This document shows, piece by piece, positions 59,435 to 64,000 of a stretch of DNA of 64,000 bases (the stretch's first letter is position 1; every line of letters starts with the position of its first letter). This DNA is from Actinomycetes bacterium (GTDB lineage: Bacteria; Actinomycetota; Actinomycetes; Mycobacteriales; Pseudonocardiaceae). The stretch lies in NCBI GenBank assembly GCA_021793175.1, contig JAJYTH010000001.1:4211-68210 (forward strand), written 5' to 3'. The notes under the pieces are model-generated. The model was not told the origin of the DNA. It was given only the letters and a program-made list of their open reading frames with translations, and searched no databases. Made by a program: the position numbers and the translations under genes.

Positions 59435-60853
59435 TCACGGGCCGTACACCGTGTTGACACCGTCGACGTCCTTGGCTAGACGCCGCGACAGGTACAGTGA
59501 CTCCAGGGCCAGTTCCACGGCGGCCGCGAGCCGTGGGGTGGGGCCGTCGGACGACACGCCCACCCGCTGCGCCACCTCGTGCAGGACCGGCAGTTCAGGC
59601 AGCGCTTCGAGCAGCTGCGCTGCGGTCACCCGCTCACCCGTGGGGACCAGGTGTCCGTCAGCCACCGCGTCGGCCAACGGCCGTAGGTCCAGTCCTGCGA
59701 AGAGTTCAGCGGCGGCCTCGGCGACGGAACGGCGCAACAGGTGGGTCAGATGCTCGGTCTCGCGTCCTTCCTCCCCCGGCTCGAACTCGAGCTTGCCTCG
59801 CAACACGCCGGGCACCGTTTCCAGGTCCACGGGCCTGGCCACGGCTGGGTGCTCCCCCGTCAACGCCGACCGCCGAAGTGCCGCAGCCGCGACGGTCTCG
59901 GCGGCGGCGACGGCGAACCGCGCCGACACCCCGGAATGCTGGTCTACCACCGTGGAGGAACGCAGATGGCGCACGAACCGGGCGAGTACGGACAACAGCT
60001 CCTCGCCGACTTCCGCCACCAGGTGCGCCTTCTGCTTCACGACCTCCACCTCGGCGGTGACATCGAGCGGGTAGTGTGTGCGCACCTCGGCCCCGAAACG
60101 GTCCTTCAACGGCGTGATGATGCGTCCGCGGTTCGTGTAGTCCTCCGGGTTGGCCGTGGCCACCAGCAACACGTCCAGCGGCAGGCGCAGCGTGTATCCA
60201 CGGATCTGGATGTCGCGTTCCTCCATGACGTTCAGCAACGCCACTTGGATGCGCTCGGCGAGGTCGGGCAACTCGTTGACTGCCACGATCCCACGGTGTG
60301 CTCTCGGTACCAGTCCGTAGTGGATCGTCTCCGGGTCGCCGAGGCTACGTCCCTCGGCGACCTTGACCGGGTCCACGTCGCCGATGAGGTCACCGACGGA
60401 GGTGTCCGGCGTGGCGAGCTTCTCGGTGTAGCGGACATCGCGGTGCAGCCACGTGACGGGCAAGTCGTCGCCGAGTTCAGCGGCACGCCGACGCGAGGCG
60501 GGCGTGATGGGATCGAGCGGATGTTCGGCCAGCTCGGCTCCCTCGATCACCGGTGTCCACTCGTCGAGCAACCCGACCAGCGTCCGCAACAACCGGGTCT
60601 TGCCCTGTCCGCGCTCGCCGAGCAACACGACGTCGTGGCCCGCGAGTAGTGCACGCTCCAGCTGCGGCAGCACGGTCCGCGAGAATCCGACGATGCCCGG
60701 CCACGGATCCCGCCCCGCGCGAAGCGTGGCGAGCAGGTTTTCCCCGATCTCGGATTTCACACTACGTGGCCGATACCCGGCGGCACGCAGTTCACCCACG
60801 GTGCGAGGCAGGTCGGTCGGTGGAGACGGCTCGGGCCGAGGCGACGGTGTCAC
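59435..60853 (-). CDS. ChlI/BchI-like AAA+ ATPase
   Basis: Walker A GERGQGKT, Walker B region IVAVNELPDL, and sensor/arginine-finger region LLVATANPEDYTNRGRIITPLKDRFG. I chose GTG 60853; GTG 60937 would add a Ser/Gln repeat. I reject the ORF-track extension to 61294. Confidence 0.8.
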   Translation of the reverse strand: MTPSPRPEPSPPTDLPRTVGELRAAGYRPRSVKSEIGENLLATLRAGRDPWPGIVGFSRTVLPQLERALLAGHDVVLLGERGQGKTRLLRTLVGLLDEWTPVIEGAELAEHPLDPITPASRRRAAELGDDLPVTWLHRDVRYTEKLATPDTSVGDLIGDVDPVKVAEGRSLGDPETIHYGLVPRAHRGIVAVNELPDLAERIQVALLNVMEERDIQIRGYTLRLPLDVLLVATANPEDYTNRGRIITPLKDRFGAEVRTHYPLDVTAEVEVVKQKAHLVAEVGEELLSVLARFVRHLRSSTVVDQHSGVSARFAVAAAETVAAAALRRSALTGEHPAVARPVDLETVPGVLRGKLEFEPGEEGRETEHLTHLLRRSVAEAAAELFAGLDLRPLADAVADGHLVPTGERVTAAQLLEALPELPVLHEVAQRVGVSSDGPTPRLAAAVELALESLYLSRRLAKDVDGVNTVYGP

Positions 60854-60878
60854 GGTTGCGAAAGACCTCGAAGGCTGT

Positions 60879-60932
60879 GCTGACTCTGCTGACTGTGCTG
60901 ACTGCGAAGACGGTGAAGACTGTGAAGACGCT
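60879..60932. repeat. six tandem 9-nt units (3x GCTGACTNN + 3x GAAGACNNT)
   Basis: gctgactct gctgactgt gctgactgc gaagacggt gaagactgt gaagacgct. On the minus-strand frame these read SSQ SSP SSQ SAQ SAE SAQ. They lie at or upstream of the AAA+ gene start. Confidence 0.85.
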
Positions 60933-61004
60933 GTCACAGCGACGACGCTACTGCCGCATTCGCCACACGTCGACGGCGAGAGGCTCCGGGTAGGCTCGGT
61001 CTTC

Positions 61005-61814
61005 GTGTGTTGTCCCAGTGCGACCCTCGCCGTGTGGTCCTCGGCCTGGCTGTCCGGGGCCGCTGCCTCAGACGACGTACTCGACGCCCTCACCGTGTGG
61101 GGCGAAGCCCACGAGGTCGTGGCCCACGACGACACGACCGCCGAGGCGTTCGACCTGCCGGTGACCGGCGATGTCCCGGCGACTCCGGCACGACTGCTGG
61201 GCGCACTACGCCGCTTGGGTGTCTCCGGCGGCCACCTGGTCCTGCCCGTGGCGGGTGATGTACGCGGGCTCGGCGGTAGAGGACCGCTCACCACCGCGGC
61301 TCTGCGAGCCGGTGAAGCGCTGGTGTTCTCCGAGCTTGGCTATGCGGTCGTGCCGCAGTCGCTCGCCAAGGGGCTGTTGCGCTGGACGGTGTTCGGCATG
61401 ACGAGTCATCCCGTGCTCGGCATGCCCGCGCCCGAATACGTGCCCCTCAGCGAAGCGGAACACGGCCTCACGGAGGCGGTACGCAACAGCGCCGGCGCCC
61501 TGCAGGCCCTCGATGTGGCGCGCGATCGCCCCGGAGTGCGTGCGGAGCTTTCCGCGGCGCTGCGGACGAAGCCCCGACCGGAATGGCCGCGCGGCATGCC
61601 GGGCCGGGCGTTGCGCGTGTTGCAACGGGCCGAGGAGGTCGACACGATCCTCGCCCTCGCCCAGGCCGACGAACCCGGCGGTGCGATGTCGGCCTCGGCG
61701 GCAGCCCGCCGTGCCGAGGCCCTACGACCGCTGGGTGACGCGATCCGGCGAGCCCGCTGCGCGGCGGTCAACGAATCCGTGCGCCTGTTCTCTCAGGCTT
61801 CCGAGGCCTCGTGA
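61005..61814 (+). CDS. conserved hypothetical protein (Rv1486c-like position next to ferrochelatase)
   Basis: The C-terminal part of the 60453..61814 ORF has a consistently high third-position GC from about 61005 onward. It is divergent from the AAA+ gene. The start codon is uncertain (GTG 61005 or GTG 61032). I recognise no domain. Confidence 0.55.
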   Translation: MCCPSATLAVWSSAWLSGAAASDDVLDALTVWGEAHEVVAHDDTTAEAFDLPVTGDVPATPARLLGALRRLGVSGGHLVLPVAGDVRGLGGRGPLTTAALRAGEALVFSELGYAVVPQSLAKGLLRWTVFGMTSHPVLGMPAPEYVPLSEAEHGLTEAVRNSAGALQALDVARDRPGVRAELSAALRTKPRPEWPRGMPGRALRVLQRAEEVDTILALAQADEPGGAMSASAAARRAEALRPLGDAIRRARCAAVNESVRLFSQASEAS

Positions 61815-61864
61815 CCGCCACCGCGGTCGGCTCCACGAAAACCCGCCCGTACCGAAGCGCGCCG

Positions 61865-62917
61865 TTAGGCGTTCTGCGCGGCCGTGGGGCGTTTGAGCGG
61901 CTCGCAGCAGCGGGTGGCGCAGGGTGCCCCGTTGGCGGTGTCACCACCGGTGACCAGTGTCGACAGCTTCCGCGCCGGTACGTTCTCGGTCTGCTCGCGG
62001 ATCAATTCCACCACCAGCTGCGCGAACCTCGGGTCGGCATTGGGCGTGGCGGACCGGGCGAAGGCCATTCCCAGCTCGGCCGCACGCTCGGCGGCTTCGT
62101 TGTCGAGGTCCCAGATCACTTCGAGGTGATCTGAGACGAAACCGACGGGGCAGCACACCATGGCTTTCACTCCGTCGCCGTGCAATGCGTCGATGTGGTC
62201 CACGATGTCCGGTTCCAGCCACGGAACCTGCGGTGGCCCCGAACGAGACTGCCACACGACGTCATAGGTGTCGACACCCACCTCGGCCGCCACCAGCCGG
62301 GCCGCCTCGGCGACCTGTCGGGAGTATCGGTGTCCGCCCTCCTCCGGGGGGCCGGACGCGGCGTCGGCGGCGGTGGGCACCGAGTGCGCGACGAACACCA
62401 GGCGAGCACCGGAGTCACCCACCTGCTCGTAGGCTTTCCGGACCCCGTCGGCGAAGATCTCGACGAAGAGGGGATGGTCGAAGAACTGGCGCAGCTTGAC
62501 CAGCTGCGGCGCCCCCTCCCCGTAGGCGGCACGTGCCCGCTGGATGTCCTCGTCGTACTGCCGGCACGCCGAGTAGCCGCCGTAGGCGCTGGTGGAGAAC
62601 ACCAGAGCACGCTGCACACCGTCGGCGGCCATCCGCGCCACGGTGTCCTCGACCATGGGATGCCAGTTGCGGTTACCGAAGTACACGGGCAGGTCGATGC
62701 CCTGTGCGGCCAGCTCCCGCTCGACCGCTGCGATCGCCTCCCGGTTCAACCGGTTGATCGGCGACACCCCGCCGAAGTGGTGGTAGTGCTCGGCGACTTC
62801 GGCGAGCCGCTCCCGCGGAACGCCCCTGCCCCTGGTGACATTCTCCAGAAACGGCATTACGTCGTCCGGGCCTTCGGGACCGCCGAACGACAGCCACAAC
62901 AACGCGTCGTAGTTCAC
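61865..62917 (-). CDS. hemH: ferrochelatase (actinobacterial coproporphyrin ferrochelatase type)
   Basis: [24 protein letters not shown]..., the HSVP motif, a Cys-containing C-terminal tail (CATRCCEP), and synteny inhA-hemZ. Confidence 0.95.
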   Translation of the reverse strand: MNYDALLWLSFGGPEGPDDVMPFLENVTRGRGVPRERLAEVAEHYHHFGGVSPINRLNREAIAAVERELAAQGIDLPVYFGNRNWHPMVEDTVARMAADGVQRALVFSTSAYGGYSACRQYDEDIQRARAAYGEGAPQLVKLRQFFDHPLFVEIFADGVRKAYEQVGDSGARLVFVAHSVPTAADAASGPPEEGGHRYSRQVAEAARLVAAEVGVDTYDVVWQSRSGPPQVPWLEPDIVDHIDALHGDGVKAMVCCPVGFVSDHLEVIWDLDNEAAERAAELGMAFARSATPNADPRFAQLVVELIREQTENVPARKLSTLVTGGDTANGAPCATRCCEPLKRPTAAQNA

Positions 62918-63046
62918 GCCCCCATCCTCTCGCCGCGACGGTGCCGCCGCAGACCGGGTGTGCCCGTCCGCGACTCCCGTCTCACCCGGCGTCGTGAACG
63001 CTGGGCCGGAAAAGCCATCACCACGGGCACGGGATGGGGGCGCTCG

Positions 63047-63814
63047 TCACTGACCGGTGGCGTGGACGCCGCCGTCGACCCACACCATCGACCCGGTGGT
63101 GGCGGGCAACCAGTCCGACAACAGAGCACAGATGCTCTTGGCCACCGGTGTGGGGTCGGTGGTGTCCCAGCCGAGCGGGGCTCGGTCACCCCAGCCCTCC
63201 TCCAACTCGGTGAATCCGGGGATGGACTTGGCGGCCATCGTCTTCACCGGTCCCGCGGCTACCAGGTTCACGCGGATACCGCGCGGTCCGAGATCACGGG
63301 CGAGATAGCGGTTCACCGACTCCAGAGCCGCCTTGGCCACGCCCATCCAGTTGTAGGCCGGCCAAGCAACACGGGCATCGAAGTCCATGCCGACCAGTGA
63401 CGAACCACGGCTCATCAGCGGCAGCACGGCCGTGGCGAGGGACTTGTAGGAGTAGGCGGAGATCTCCACGGCCGTGGCGACGTCCTCGGCGGGGGCGTCC
63501 AGGAACGGTTCACCGAGACAGCTCGGCGGTGCGTACGCGATCGAGTGCAGCACACCGTCGAGGCCGTCCACGTGCTCACGCACCCGGTCGGCCAGGGTGT
63601 CCAGGTGCTCGGAGTTCTGTACGTCCAGCTCCAGCACGGGCGCGGGCTCCGGCAGTCGCTTGGCGATGCGCTCGACCAACGACATCCGTCCGAAACCGGT
63701 GAGTACCACCTGCGCACCCTGTTCCTGCGCGACCCTGGCGGCGTGGAACGCGATCGAGGCGTCGGTGATCACGCCCGTGATGAGCAGACGTTTGCCTTCG
63801 AGCAGTCCGGACAC
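63047..63814 (-). CDS. inhA: NADH-dependent enoyl-[acyl-carrier-protein] reductase
   Basis: [41 protein letters not shown]...LELDVQN is nearly collinear with M. tuberculosis InhA. Confidence 0.95.
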   Translation of the reverse strand: MSGLLEGKRLLITGVITDASIAFHAARVAQEQGAQVVLTGFGRMSLVERIAKRLPEPAPVLELDVQNSEHLDTLADRVREHVDGLDGVLHSIAYAPPSCLGEPFLDAPAEDVATAVEISAYSYKSLATAVLPLMSRGSSLVGMDFDARVAWPAYNWMGVAKAALESVNRYLARDLGPRGIRVNLVAAGPVKTMAAKSIPGFTELEEGWGDRAPLGWDTTDPTPVAKSICALLSDWLPATTGSMVWVDGGVHATGQ

Positions 63815-63890
63815 GGTTGTCCTCCAGTTCTGGGTGGATGGGTGATGACGCGGAATCGTCGTGTACGCCGGGAACGAGGTCGGTGCCCCG

Positions 63891-64000
<110 letters not shown>

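Noticed and set aside
60938-61294. Upstream extension of the AAA+ ATPase ORF to the GTG at 61294.
   Set aside because: The translation (MVSGPLPPSPRTSPATGRTRWPPE...) is low-complexity, and the extension overlaps a better-supported plus-strand coding frame. ChlI-like homology starts near TVGELRAAGY.

Overview
High-GC actinobacterial core chromosome. Gene order closely parallels Mycobacterium tuberculosis Rv2050-Rv2130c and Rv1483-Rv1485. The proteins look Pseudonocardiales-like, but that is inference only. I call about 60 tightly packed CDS. By eye I found no rRNA, tRNA, CRISPR array, transposase, integrase or compositional island. The centrepiece is a complete Pup-proteasome system on the minus strand: arc/mpa, dop, pup (ending GGE), prcB, prcA, pafA, pafB and pafC, with a PAC2-like gene 9 kb away. 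It is interleaved with tatA-tatC, helY, trmI and hisGE. Other recognisable genes are rbpA, ppm1 and lnt (split, overlapping), tdk, a KamA-type radical-SAM aminomutase followed by an FtsX permease and two ABC ATPases, mshC, an ABC-F protein, a TetR/P450 pair, a subtilase, ferrochelatase, inhA and the 3' end of fabG1. No classical defence or mobile island is visible. The least explained parts are: (1) a ChlI-like AAA+/vWA-MIDAS operon next to an HTH-Clp_N regulator, whose upstream region carries five GTTGAC half-sites, and a signal-less subtilase; (2) a small HTH gene bracketed by two identical AT-rich 19-mers between dop and arc; (3) a PAP2-lipid-kinase fusion inserted inside the pupylation locus; (4) phased 10-bp and 9-bp tandem repeats in two short spacers. 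All functional calls come from reading the translations and motifs. No database search was run.
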